DNA of 64,000 nt, from the NCBI GenBank assembly GCA_016432465.1, contig CP066690.1:250702-314701 (forward strand), read 5' to 3'. The notes under the pieces are model-generated. The model saw only the letters and a list, made by a program, of their open reading frames with translations, was not told the DNA's origin and did not search any database. Every line of letters starts with the position of its first letter. The stretch's first letter is position 1. This DNA is from Candidatus Sungiibacteriota bacterium. Lineage in GTDB: Bacteria; Patescibacteriota; Minisyncoccia; Sungbacterales; HO2-52-23. The position numbers and the translations under genes were made by a program. Below, piece after piece: positions 8,325 to 17,652 of this stretch.

Positions 8325-8457
8325 ATCACGCCCTTTGACCCCGCTCTTGCACGCAAGGGCGGGGTAAACGTGCTCAAACTGCCATCCGACAACCTCTTAG
8401 CTTGCGCTAAAGATAGTTTACTGCTACAATTCTTGAAACTCTGTTAAGGGGCATGAC

Positions 8458-9357
8458 GTGATAAAACGCATTCTAGCCCTTGTTCTTTTACTTTTTGCGG
8501 CCGGAGCCGGTCCCAGCTTCGCACTTCCGGATATTTTATATACCTATGCCGCTGGTCAGGGTGATAAGTCTGAAAAAAATCCTTCTCTAGCCGGCTTTGG
8601 CGGGCGAGCGTTAACGCTTTGTGTGGAAAAAACGGATCAGAAACTTAATGACATGTCGGTGCGAGATATATCTGACTTGTATAATGAGCGGAGAGTAACC
8701 CTGCCTGACCAGAAAATGCCCGGTTTTGTACGAAACGCCTGCCAACGGGGTCTTCAAGATTTTTTTGGTGAGCTTGAATTTGTAAAAGATATTGCCCGGT
8801 GGCTTGATAGAAACCTTAAATATCTTGTACGAGACCAGCTGGTTATCAGAAAAGATGACGGGAGAACAGATGTGCTTCTGGCGCCGAGCTCTAAAGAACT
8901 TCGGCAACCAACCAGATTTCAGGCAAGATTTAAATTCGGCGTTGACACTGACGGACACAAAATACAAGAGAATAGTTTGGACGGAATAATCACCCCGTCC
9001 TTCAAGTTGAATCTGAACTATGAGAAAGTGGAGTTTAAGCTTCGGCTAAATCCCGTACGACAAACGCTAAACGCCACCTTCGGCCTTGACCATTATCTCT
9101 TTGGGGCTTTGCGTCCTAACCTTGAATACAAAATACGACCCCATGAAGATAATCGCCAAATTTTTGAGATTGGATTTCTGGTTAAACCTGTCCTACCGGA
9201 AGTTGATGTCAGAATGATTACCCAAATTGTTCCCGAAAGACCATCGCATAATCACTTCTCCGGAGTTGGTTTGGTTTGGAAGCTTGACCACTGGGAGTGT
9301 TGGATTGCTCCCTCCTCCTGTCCAAATAAATCCCCCCACCTTCCCACGGGGTTTTGA
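8458..9357 (+). CDS. secreted hypothetical protein (signal peptide); C-terminal ~10 codons and stop supplied by a MITE copy
   Basis: N-terminal MIKRILALVLLLFAAGAGPSFA signal-like segment; the ORF reads into the repeat at 9327. Confidence 0.5.
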   Translation: MIKRILALVLLLFAAGAGPSFALPDILYTYAAGQGDKSEKNPSLAGFGGRALTLCVEKTDQKLNDMSVRDISDLYNERRVTLPDQKMPGFVRNACQRGLQDFFGELEFVKDIARWLDRNLKYLVRDQLVIRKDDGRTDVLLAPSSKELRQPTRFQARFKFGVDTDGHKIQENSLDGIITPSFKLNLNYEKVEFKLRLNPVRQTLNATFGLDHYLFGALRPNLEYKIRPHEDNRQIFEIGFLVKPVLPEVDVRMITQIVPERPSHNHFSGVGLVWKLDHWECWIAPSSCPNKSPHLPTGF

Positions 9358-9436
9358 ACCCTGCGGGAAGGATTTATACGGCACCCATTCATCCCCGCAG
9401 CAAACTGCGGGGTCTTCTAGGAGGGTGGGGGGATAA
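9327..9436. mobile_element. MITE-like palindromic element with TIR ATCCCCCCACCTTCCCA, copy 1
   Basis: terminal inverted repeats AAATCCCCCCACCTTCCC ... GGAGGGTGGGGGGAT; homologous to 38199-38326, 49238-49366, 51536-51643 and 62838-62892. Confidence 0.7.
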
Positions 9437-9525
9437 ATAGTCATCATGATAACATCCGTGCCTCTGGCGCGGATTTAAGTTGAAATAAATTAAAAATCAT
9501 GATATTCTGTCAGACATAACCTTGG

Positions 9526-9616
9526 GGTGGGATGCCAGAGTCCGGTTGAATGGGCCGCACTCGAAATGCGGTATCCCGCTTTAGCGGGATCGGGGGTTCA
9601 AATCCCTCTCCCACCG
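9526..9616 (+). tRNA. tRNA-Ser (anticodon CGA), type II
   Basis: acceptor GGTGGGA/TCCCACC, anticodon stem CCGCA/TGCGG with loop CTCGAAA, long variable arm TATCCCGCTTTAGCGGGATC, T-arm GGGGG-TTCAAAT-CCCTC; terminator-like hairpin follows at 9622-9660. Confidence 0.75.
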
Positions 9617-9672
9617 ACTGTGGAAACTTTGAGACAGTTTTTTGAACTTGTCTCAAGGTTTTCACTAAACCT

Positions 9673-10125
9673 ATGAATATATTTTTTGTTATAGCTATTT
9701 TTGCGCTTACCGGAGTGATTGTACTGGGCTGGTTTTTTTACGACTTAAGAAAAAAGGTGCTGTTGCTTTTTGGGGGTAAAGAAACCAAGAGCGGGACGGA
9801 AACACTACAGGAGCTTGTGCGACGGGTAACCAAAACCGAGATAAAAATAGAAGAGCTTGAACCGCGACTAAAATTGACAGAAGAAATCTCGCAAATCAGC
9901 GTGCAGAAAGTCGGATTTTTGCGATTTAATCCCTTTCAGGATACGGGCGGAGATAACAGTTTTGTGGTGGTTATGCTTGATCGTGAAAATAACGGCATCG
10001 TAATCTCCTCACTTTATATGCGCGAAGGGGTACGGATTTATGCCAAAAAAGTTGAGAGAGGAAAAACCCAACAACCCTTGTCGGGAGAGGAGAAAAGGGT
10101 TCTCGAGGAAGCGATCAAAAAATAA
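9673..10125 (+). CDS. membrane-anchored hypothetical protein (resembles DUF4446 family)
   Basis: N-terminal TM helix; central RFNPFQDTGGDNSF motif that I recall from DUF4446; sits immediately upstream of infB. Confidence 0.45.
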   Translation: MNIFFVIAIFALTGVIVLGWFFYDLRKKVLLLFGGKETKSGTETLQELVRRVTKTEIKIEELEPRLKLTEEISQISVQKVGFLRFNPFQDTGGDNSFVVVMLDRENNGIVISSLYMREGVRIYAKKVERGKTQQPLSGEEKRVLEEAIKK

Positions 10126-10127
10126 CC

Positions 10128-11636
10128 ATGAAGAAAAACGAAACCGAAAACCAAAATAGACGACCGCCCGTGGTCGTAGTAATGGGTCATATTGATCATG
10201 GAAAAACAAAGATTCTGGATTGGTACCGACAAACAAAAGTAGTTGAGGAGGAATCCGGCGGAATAACCCAGCATATCGGCGCCTATGAAGTTGAGCACAA
10301 CGGCAAAAGGGTCACCTTTATTGACACGCCAGGACACGAGGCATTTTCCAAAATGCGCTCGCGTGGCGCCCGGGTCGCTGATCTTGCAATTCTGGTCGTG
10401 GCGGCGGAGGAAGGAGTGAAACCGCAAACCAAAGAAGCCATAGAAATCATAAAAGAAAATAAACTTCCTTTTGTTGTTGCCCTAAACAAAATTGATAGGC
10501 CGGAAGCAAATCCTGAACGGGTAAAACAGGACCTTGCCAAAGAAGAAGTATTGGTTGAGTCTTACGGCGGTAAGATTCCTGCGGTTGAGGTGAGCGCCAA
10601 AACCGGACAGGGCATGGAGGAGCTTCTGGAGGTTTTACTTCTTGCTTCGGAACTTGAAGAGTTATCAGCCAATCCGGAAAAATTAGCCGAGGGAGTTGTA
10701 ATTGAAGCGCACCGCGACCCCAAACGAGGCGTCACCTCCACCCTTCTTGTACGGGACGGAACCTTAAAAAAACAAAACGTGCTTGTTGTCGGACGGTCAG
10801 TGGAAACAATTAAAATTCTGGAAGATTTTCGCGGTCAACCCGCCAGCGAAGTTTTACCCTCCTCACCGGTTTTAGTTTCCGGACTTTCCCAAATGCCTGC
10901 CGTGGGTGATTCTTTCCGGGCATTTGGAAACCGGGGCGCAGCAGAGAAATACGTCCAAGCGCTGCCCGAAGAAGAAATAAAAGCAAAACCAATTTACTTA
11001 CACGTGGAAGGCGAGGAAAAACCCATCTTTAACATTATCCTTAAGGCTGATGTAGCAGGGTCAAAAGAAGTGCTGGAGGAAGAACTTAAAAAAATTCAAT
11101 CCGATGCGGTGGGAATCAATATTATCCGGAGTGAAGTCGGCGACGTAAACGAGTCGGATGCCAAGCTGGCGATCGCCACCAAACTTGTAACCATCATAGG
11201 ATTTAAGGTTAAAATTGACGCCTCCGCCCGGGATCTTATCAAAGACGCCAATATTCACACGGTGATGGGCGAAATAATTTATGAGGTTTTGGACGAGGTG
11301 AAAAAACGGATTACAGAAATAATACCGCCCGAAATAAAACGCGTGGATATTGGACGAGCCAAGATTTTGAAATTATTCAAGAAAGATGGAAATAAACAGA
11401 TCGTGGGCGGACGGATTGAAGAGGGCGCTATACGCAAGGAAACACCGGTTGAAATTCAAAGAGACAAAAACATTGTTGGCGGGGGCCGTATACTTCAGCT
11501 GCAGCATAACAAAGTAGACGTGGCCGAGGTGGAAAAAGGGTCGGAGTTCGGCGCGCTTATTGACTCCCCTCTTACTATTCAGGAAGGAGACGTACTAATT
11601 ATTTATACCGAGGAAACAACGCAACGTGCCGTCTGA
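10128..11636 (+). CDS. infB: translation initiation factor IF-2 (short form lacking the long N-terminal region)
   Basis: GTPase motifs VVVVMGHIDHGKT, DTPGHEAF and NKID; C-terminal beta-barrel domains; followed by rbfA. Confidence 0.95.
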   Translation: MKKNETENQNRRPPVVVVMGHIDHGKTKILDWYRQTKVVEEESGGITQHIGAYEVEHNGKRVTFIDTPGHEAFSKMRSRGARVADLAILVVAAEEGVKPQTKEAIEIIKENKLPFVVALNKIDRPEANPERVKQDLAKEEVLVESYGGKIPAVEVSAKTGQGMEELLEVLLLASELEELSANPEKLAEGVVIEAHRDPKRGVTSTLLVRDGTLKKQNVLVVGRSVETIKILEDFRGQPASEVLPSSPVLVSGLSQMPAVGDSFRAFGNRGAAEKYVQALPEEEIKAKPIYLHVEGEEKPIFNIILKADVAGSKEVLEEELKKIQSDAVGINIIRSEVGDVNESDAKLAIATKLVTIIGFKVKIDASARDLIKDANIHTVMGEIIYEVLDEVKKRITEIIPPEIKRVDIGRAKILKLFKKDGNKQIVGGRIEEGAIRKETPVEIQRDKNIVGGGRILQLQHNKVDVAEVEKGSEFGALIDSPLTIQEGDVLIIYTEETTQRAV

Positions 11637-11976
11637 AAGAAAGGTAGAAAAACTAAATGACCTTCTGCAGGAAGAACTTTCCCAAATTTTGGAACGCGAA
11701 GTTGAGTTTCCGGAAAATACTTTTGTGACAATTACGCGCGTGGCGGTATCTCCGGACCGCCAGTACGCAACAATATTTATTTCTGTATATGGCGGCGCTG
11801 AACAAAGCATACTCGAAATTTTAGCTAAAAACATTTATAATATACAACAGAGAATAAACCGGACTCTACGTCAGCGGCCAATTCCAAAAATCAATTTTGA
11901 AATTGATAGGGAAGAAATACGGCGCGAGATAGTAGAAAAATCGCTGGCGGAACTGAAGCGGAAAAAAGAACTATAA
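11626..11976 (+). CDS. rbfA: ribosome-binding factor A
   Basis: 116 aa, KH-like RbfA pattern (RVxxLLQEELSxIL...VTITRVxxSxD); conserved infB-rbfA gene order. Confidence 0.8.
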   Translation: MPSERKVEKLNDLLQEELSQILEREVEFPENTFVTITRVAVSPDRQYATIFISVYGGAEQSILEILAKNIYNIQQRINRTLRQRPIPKINFEIDREEIRREIVEKSLAELKRKKEL

Positions 11977-12020
11977 CGGCGTTGTGGCTGACACGGGAGT
12001 CTGTCCCGCTGGTAGACGGC

Positions 12021-12093
12021 GGCGCGATGGCGAAGTAGCTAACGCAGCGGTCTGCAAAACCGCTATTCAGGGGTGCAAATCCCCTTCGCGCCT
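12021..12093 (+). tRNA. tRNA-Cys (anticodon GCA)
   Basis: acceptor GGCGCGA/TCGCGCC, anticodon stem GCGGT/ACCGC with loop CTGCAAA, T-arm AGGGG-TGCAAAT-CCCCT; flanked by complementary GGTAGACGGC / GCCGCCGTCTACC. Confidence 0.7.
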
Positions 12094-12099
12094 TTAGCC

Positions 12100-12310
12100 G
12101 CCGTCTACCTACGGGATTGCGATTTGTTGCCAAAATTTCTTCTCCCGACTGGTCGGGATCGAAATTTTGGACAAATCGGGAACAAAACTCCTATACGCGG
12201 GCTGACGCCAATTGCTTGGCGTCAGCGGGAAATTTAGCGAGCCGGGCGGGCCAGTGCGAGCGTTAAGAATTTCCCAGGGGTTTCGCTGACGAAAGCGAAA
12301 CCAATTCCCG
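12100..12310 (+). ncRNA. conserved structured element, copy A
   Basis: GGGAAATTTAGCGAGCCGGGCGGGCCAGTGCGAGCGTTAAGAATTTCCC hairpin followed by GTTTCGCT-GACGAA-AGCGAAAC hairpin; same architecture as copies B, C and D. Confidence 0.4.
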
Positions 12311-12361
12311 CCCATGCCTCAAAATTTTAGCTGTACCAATCTAAGACAGATACAGAACCTT

Positions 12362-12446
12362 GCCCGGGTGGTGGAATCGGTAGACACTAGGGACTTAAAA
12401 TCCCTTGGAGGCAAACTCCGTGCGAGTTCGAGTCTCGCCCCGGGCA
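12362..12446 (+). tRNA. tRNA-Leu (anticodon TAA), type II
   Basis: acceptor GCCCGGG/CCCGGGC, anticodon stem AGGGA/TCCCT with loop CTTAAAA, variable arm TGGAGGCAAACTCCG, T-arm GCGAG-TTCGAGT-CTCGC. Confidence 0.8.
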
Positions 12447-12509
12447 TAACGAGACTTACCCTGCACCACGTAGGGTGCAGGGTACCCAGCACTCAACGTA
12501 GTGCTGGGT

Positions 12510-12559
12510 AAAATCCCTTGGAGGCAAACTCCGTGCGAGTTCGAGTCTCGCCCCGGGCA
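12510..12559 (+). pseudogene. partial duplicate of the tRNA-Leu(TAA) 3' 50 nt, preceded by two 9-bp-stem hairpins
   Basis: AAAATCCCTTGGAGGCAAACTCCGTGCGAGTTCGAGTCTCGCCCCGGGCA is identical to the 3' portion of the upstream tRNA; no 5' half. Confidence 0.65.
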
Positions 12560-12707
12560 AAACCGCAAAAGAACCCAGAGAAAAACATCCGCCTTCGTTC
12601 CGCCGTCGCTAAAGCTGTGACGGACAAGAAAAACGAATTGGCGATTTCGAAAGAAGAAAAGAAAAAACTTAGATAACAAAAAGCCAACGGGAGTTGGCGA
12701 TAAAAAA

Positions 12708-13151
12708 TTATGCCCTAGCGACACTTGCAAGAGATTCGGTTACACCATACTTACGACATGTTTCTTGAATAGATACGGTATAATCGTTGATCTCTTTTTC
12801 TACGAATTCAACAGAAAAAGATGTGCCCCTAAAAGTTACATTGAAACCAGAAGCCAATAATCTCTTGTATGTTTCGAGGGCTTCTTTCACTGCTTCTCTT
12901 TCAGCTTTTGCTTTACCTACAACGGTCGTGTAAAGGTCTCCAGATCTAGCGTGGACAAATTCTGCTAATTTTAGTTTCATCTCACCCGCCTCAATAAAAA
13001 CCATGGCATGGTAGTTTGGAAGCCCAAACATATTGTCGTCGTCATATGATTCATAGCAAATTTGGACATCTTTCAGTCCTTGTTTTTGACATTTTGAGAT
13101 AAACTCACCCAACGTAGTAGGTCTGCCAAGTAGCTTGTCAAATAGCGACAT
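12708..13151 (-). CDS. hypothetical protein (147 aa) inside a tRNA-Leu-bounded mini-island
   Basis: clean ORF between tRNA-Leu 3'-end direct repeats at 12510-12559 and 13301-13326. Confidence 0.45.
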   Translation of the reverse strand: MSLFDKLLGRPTTLGEFISKCQKQGLKDVQICYESYDDDNMFGLPNYHAMVFIEAGEMKLKLAEFVHARSGDLYTTVVGKAKAEREAVKEALETYKRLLASGFNVTFRGTSFSVEFVEKEINDYTVSIQETCRKYGVTESLASVARA

Positions 13152-13300
13152 TTTCCGCCTCCTTTGTTAAACTGCACAGTCCTTGAGACTGCTCTGCTAT
13201 TATATTAGTTTATTAAAAGTCTGTCAAGTTTTGCAAAAATTTGCCAAAAGATTTAAGAGAAGAGGATACTTAAGAAAAACACCAGAAACAAAACAGACTT

Positions 13301-13326
13301 CCGTGCGAGTTCGGGTCTCGCCCCGG
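13301..13326 (+). pseudogene. second degenerate copy of the tRNA-Leu 3' end (att-like direct repeat)
   Basis: CCGTGCGAGTTCGGGTCTCGCCCCGG, one mismatch against the tRNA-Leu T-arm/acceptor. Confidence 0.5.
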
Positions 13327-13468
13327 ACACCAACATCGACTCGAAGCATATTTTAATTTTTGGGGGGAAGAAAATTTTTTCATAAAGATTTTTCGACGAT
13401 GATGGTTGTTTTATTCTCAATAGTTTGTAATACTCTTTTTTAGAACACTCAAAACGAGGAAGTGAACC

Positions 13469-13936
13469 ATGAAATTATCTACACTTTGCTTTTGCTTACG
13501 CGATGATTCAGTTCTTCTGGCCATGAAGAAGCGGGGCTTCGGAGCAGGAAAGTGGAATGGCTATGGTGGTAAAGTTGCCGAAAAGGAATCACCGCGAACC
13601 GCCGCTGTAAGAGAGCTGAGAGAAGAATCGGGTTTATCAGTCGTTGAGGACGCTCTCGAGCAGGTAGCTTTAGTGAGATTCTACTTCGACAGCAGTCAGC
13701 TCTTTGAATGCCATGTCTTCTTGGCAAGAAATTGGGAAGGTGAACCTTGTGAATCAGAAGAAATGAAGCCGAGCTGGTTTTCAGTTTCGCGACTTCCGTT
13801 TGAAGGAATGTGGGTCGCGGACAGTAAGTGGATTCCTCTGGTTCTTGCGGGGAAGAAACTGGAAGCTGAAGTGAACTTCAACACCGATGGTAGCGAGGTG
13901 AAAAACTTCTCCTACCAAGAAAGACAATTTGTCTAA
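13469..13936 (+). CDS. NUDIX hydrolase (MutT-like)
   Basis: Nudix box GKVAEKESPRTAAVRELREESGL (GX5EX7REUXEEXGU); 155 aa. Confidence 0.8.
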   Translation: MKLSTLCFCLRDDSVLLAMKKRGFGAGKWNGYGGKVAEKESPRTAAVRELREESGLSVVEDALEQVALVRFYFDSSQLFECHVFLARNWEGEPCESEEMKPSWFSVSRLPFEGMWVADSKWIPLVLAGKKLEAEVNFNTDGSEVKNFSYQERQFV

Positions 13937-13989
13937 ATCGGGTCTCGTAATAAACTTTCATTGGGACCCGATTTCTTTTTTAAAAGAGC

Positions 13990-14335
13990 TGGAATTTAAC
14001 CATCAAAGAAAAACTTGCTTGTCCGTCGTAGCTCGTGAGAGCGGAGGCGGAAAATTGTCATCCCCCTTCGCTCCTCCTCCGTCTACGACTTCGGCAGGAC
14101 ACAGTAAAACTTCGGACGGACAAGTCGGTGCGGCTCCCCGCCTGCGCCGAGGCTTCCACCGACGCTGAAGCTTTGACGGACAGGTCGGCGGGCAGACGCC
14201 GCCTTTCCGAATTTTCGCGGGCCTCCGCCTCGCCGAAGTGGCTTCGGCCACGCAGGCGGGGGGACTTCCTCGCCGCCGCAGGCGGCTCGCCTCATCCCCG
14301 ACGAGTCGGAGCGGGCGAAAGCGGTTAGGACTAAT
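13990..14335. repeat. GC-rich structured non-coding insert containing a 60-bp repeat (also at 15147-15207) and the shared 17-mer GCCGCAGGCGGCTCGC
   Basis: visibly far GC-richer than its surroundings; AAAGAAAAACTTGCTTGTCCG(T/C)CGTAGCTCGTGAGAGCGG(A/G)GGCGGAAAATTGTCAT is repeated at 15147; the six-frame ORFs here are low-complexity R/A/G/P strings. Confidence 0.5.
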
Positions 14336-14392
14336 TCAAGAATACTGCACCACAATCTGACTTTTGGGAATTTGACCGACCGATATTACTAA

Positions 14393-14436
14393 ACCACTTA
14401 CGATCGTAAGTGGTTTAGTAATATCTGGTGTGGCGG
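14393..14436. repeat. perfect 44-bp palindrome GATATTACTAAACCACTTACGATCGTAAGTGGTTTAGTAATATC
   Basis: read directly; exact dyad symmetry. Confidence 0.7.
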
Positions 14437-14704
14437 GACAAAAATGAGTGGCTCCGCCACGCCGATAAAAACTACCAAAAAATCTATTAAAAACATCGGC
14501 TCGAACTGCATTTTAATTTGGGGAAAAGAAACTTTTTAATCATACGAATTAGGAAACAACTAGCACCGGAAACGTTAATTTTTTGTTAAGATTGACATAG
14601 CGTGCCATATATGCTATCCTTGTGTATATGCTATCCTTGTGATAGCATGGTAATCGAGCCATGTCGGCTTGATAGCACATTCCAAACAGAAAGGAGCGGA
14701 GTTT

Positions 14705-15004
14705 ATGCAGATGAGAAAGTTTCACCTCGGAGATGTTCTGAGCGTAATCACGCGAATCAACGTTTCTCCTCGCCTCATGAAGGGTGTTTTTGACATCACA
14801 AGCTTCATGGTGGGACACGAAATTGAACCCGCCGAGAACATTGTGCTCTATGCTGATCAGTGTAGGGCCAGTTTGCTCGAACAACACCCGAATCTCAAAA
14901 AGGTGAGCGTCGCTGGTGTAAACACGAAAAATTGGAAACAATGGCTCTCCACACAAGTGAAAAAGTATGGAGAGAAACTCTCGGTAAAGCCAATTTCCGC
15001 GTGA
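14705..15004 (+). CDS. hypothetical protein (about 99 aa)
   Basis: GAAAGGAGCGG ribosome-binding site 8 nt upstream of the ATG at 14705; tandem 17-bp direct repeats and TTGACA upstream; the fully overlapping 182-aa minus-strand ORF is judged an antisense artefact. Confidence 0.4.
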   Translation: MQMRKFHLGDVLSVITRINVSPRLMKGVFDITSFMVGHEIEPAENIVLYADQCRASLLEQHPNLKKVSVAGVNTKNWKQWLSTQVKKYGEKLSVKPISA

Positions 15005-15331
15005 TTTTTCATCAACCTCGCACATGGGCCCCTTGCGAAACACGTTTCTGCTAGGGGCTCTTTCTTTTTCTAAAATTGAAATTTTTGTCATACTCATTTA
15101 TTCCCTAGGTATTCGCCCCGCGAATTCTTGGATTGAATGCCGCCAAAGAAAAACTTGCTTGTCCGCCGTAGCTCGTGAGAGCGGGGGCGGAAAATTGTCA
15201 TTCGTGCGGCTCCGTTGGCTTGACTTTTTGCTGTGATTATGTTAGGATTAAGTATTGGCGAAAGTGGTGGTAGAAAACCCCTACCACGAGGGAATCGTGG
15301 AAACTTGAACATTGAAAGGGGGGTTGAGAAC

Positions 15332-15587
15332 TATGACGCAAAAAACCTGCCACGATTGCGGTGTTGAGGTCGGTAAATTTCATGAGCCTGGATGCGACAC
15401 GGAAGAGTGCCCGTTCTGCCACGGCCAACTCATCTCTTGCGACTGCTGTTACGAGCACCTCCATCTCGACCCGGAACAGGAACCAACCTATTCCGAGGGG
15501 CTGAACGAAGAGCAGCAGGAGAAGTGGAATAAAATCCTCCTAGAAAAGGGATTGATCCCTTATGGCAGGGAGACTCATTTCGGATGA
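15332..15587 (+). CDS. small Cys-rich (zinc-ribbon-like) protein
   Basis: CHDCG..CPFCHG..CDCC pattern; GAAAGGGGGG ribosome-binding site before the ATG. Confidence 0.45.
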
Positions 15588-15842
15588 AAAACCGAAACAA
15601 ATCCATTCAGGCGCACGACCTTCGGGTACGGCGCCTTTCTTTTTTTCTAAATTTTGATAATGGATTTTCATAAAAGAATTTGCCGCCAACTTTCGACAAG
15701 CTCAAGTCAAGAAGAAAAACTTGAAATTGTCCGGTTCGCGGCGAAGCCGCTCCAAATAAAAAAGCGCCATAAACAAAGTGATGACGCAAACATTGAAAAT
15801 AAAAAGCGGGTTGATATTATCTCACCGCACCTTACAATTACT

Positions 15843-16118
15843 TTAGTATATGCTCCAATAATCCGTGCCGTCTTGCACATAAATAGCTGGTCCTGCAGGC
15901 ATTTTTAGCGCCCACCCGGGACCGTACGAGACTTTATAGTTTGGATTTATTTGGGTTACTGTTTCCTGTAATAGTTTTCTAAATTTTGGGGTTAAAACCT
16001 TCTTTCTATCGCTCGAATTAAAAAAGTCTCTGCAGGGAAAACCGTAATTACCACCATTCTTACTAACAGTCTTTACCACATTCAATAGTCTTTTCTGCAT
16101 TTTGTTAAGCCTGGGCAT
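15843..16118 (-). CDS. hypothetical protein
   Basis: 91-aa ORF, basic N-terminus; no motif recognised. Confidence 0.35.
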   Translation of the reverse strand: MPRLNKMQKRLLNVVKTVSKNGGNYGFPCRDFFNSSDRKKVLTPKFRKLLQETVTQINPNYKVSYGPGWALKMPAGPAIYVQDGTDYWSIY

Positions 16119-16256
16119 TGGTTCTCACCCCCATTTGTACCCTATTAAAGTATAACTCCTTTATACATTGTTGTCAATAGCCCGTAATAGGGTATTGACT
16201 TACGGTATTTTTATACTTAAGATGGGTAAAATCCGGCTTACGAAGGTGAAGACTAG

Positions 16257-16811
16257 GTGTGGTTCTTTGAAATATTTATTGTTGGCATATTGGTCTACAT
16301 CTTTGTTGTTTTTGGACTTGCCCAGTTTGTAGTTCCAAACTTGCGAAGAGTGAAAACACCAAAAGAGGTGGGTGAGGAACTCAAACAAATCATTGAAGAA
16401 ACAAATCGTACAGCAGCCAGTGATCTGGAATTTGTTAAAACCGTACTCTTTCTCCTACGGCAGCGGTTTTTTGTAAAACCCGGGCAGATATTCATCACTC
16501 CGTGGATCTTGTTTCGTAAAGATGTGGATAGAATTTGGACGATGACGGACACAAATCAATGCTGTACAGTACTTAATCTCCTGTTAAGAACTTTTTTAGT
16601 AAAAAGCGGAAGATTTAAGGAGGAAGACCTTGAAGATCGCAGATGTATTCTGGGGGTTTGCATCCATCAGTATCTATTAGTGCGTATGAAAAGCGGGGCT
16701 AGTATGCCGCTTGACCCTTGGGGTTATCTTGCAAAGAGGATACCTCCGGGAGAGCATGCACACGGCTTTTTCCTGCCGTTTTTTAAAAGACCAAAAAACC
16801 ACCCATACTAA
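16257..16811 (+). CDS. hypothetical membrane protein
   Basis: N-terminal TM helix; followed by terminator CCACCC-ATACTAA-GCGGGTGG-TTTTTT at 16793-16828. Confidence 0.45.
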   Translation: MWFFEIFIVGILVYIFVVFGLAQFVVPNLRRVKTPKEVGEELKQIIEETNRTAASDLEFVKTVLFLLRQRFFVKPGQIFITPWILFRKDVDRIWTMTDTNQCCTVLNLLLRTFLVKSGRFKEEDLEDRRCILGVCIHQYLLVRMKSGASMPLDPWGYLAKRIPPGEHAHGFFLPFFKRPKNHPY

Positions 16812-16828
16812 GCGGGTGGTTTTTTACG
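16793..16828 (+). terminator. rho-independent terminator
   Basis: GC stem of 7 bp plus a T6 run directly after the stop codon. Confidence 0.6.
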
Positions 16829-16927
16829 AACGACGCTCCACGCAGCAGAGCTGCCGCGGAACTATCAAGTGAACATAGCTTAAATAAATTTAAAGCCGCA
16901 GAACAAGTCATGCGGCTATAGTGATGG

Positions 16928-17389
16928 TTATCTTCTTCTTTTATATTCTTTTCTTGCTTCTAGCCAATCTGTAGCAACCGTGTCAGTATCCGGCATGCGT
17001 GCACCTAAAGGAGCCAAAAAAGTTGCTACTGTCGTTACAAACCCTGGAAGATTCAGCATCCAAGCAAGTTGTCCTGCAAATCTACATTTTTGGTCCGGGG
17101 TAAGAAAAGTGATGCCTCCCGAAAGGGACGGAACAAGCAGATAATGTAAGAACTTACGCAATAGGTTGATATCTATATGTTCTCTGAAATATTCACAAGC
17201 AATTTCTACTAATCTGATGTAGCTCCATTTTACTGTTGGTTGTCTATTCCACTGCCCATTGCAAGGACCAACACCAGACATGGCCTCAAATATGCAATCC
17301 AGCAAATCTTCTCCACTAGTCCATCTACCATCTACCTTGAGTCGTCTTAACCTCCATTCGTTAATTTGCTCAACAGTCATTCCCATCAA
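16928..17389 (-). CDS. hypothetical protein
   Basis: 153-aa ORF; no motif recognised. Confidence 0.4.
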   Translation of the reverse strand: MMGMTVEQINEWRLRRLKVDGRWTSGEDLLDCIFEAMSGVGPCNGQWNRQPTVKWSYIRLVEIACEYFREHIDINLLRKFLHYLLVPSLSGGITFLTPDQKCRFAGQLAWMLNLPGFVTTVATFLAPLGARMPDTDTVATDWLEARKEYKRRR

Positions 17390-17652
17390 AGACTCCTTAG
17401 CGTGTGAAGCGAACCCAAAGTTAATTCAACAAGTCCACAATTAATCCAGCTATAGTTACCGGGATAAGGAGTACCAGCCACCAGCCCCCAAAAAACCAAC
17501 AAGCTATTAATCCAAGGATAAACCGCGGAAGGAAAAACCCGAAAATGCCAAGGAAACAATATCCCAAAAACTCAAGCATGACTTCCCCTCCCAAAACGAA
17601 CCAAAACAAGGATAGCACAAACGTGCTATTTTGTAAACCTCAAGGGGTTGGA

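Noticed and set aside
13929-14355. ORFs of 79-97 aa rich in R/A/G/P in the GC-rich block
   Set aside because: They overlap on both strands, have repeat-driven low-complexity translations and no start context, so the region is better explained as non-coding structured or repeat DNA.
14549-15097. 182-aa minus-strand ORF
   Set aside because: It fully overlaps a plus-strand ORF that has a ribosome-binding site and a promoter-like upstream region, and it has no recognisable motif, so I treat it as an antisense shadow with low certainty.
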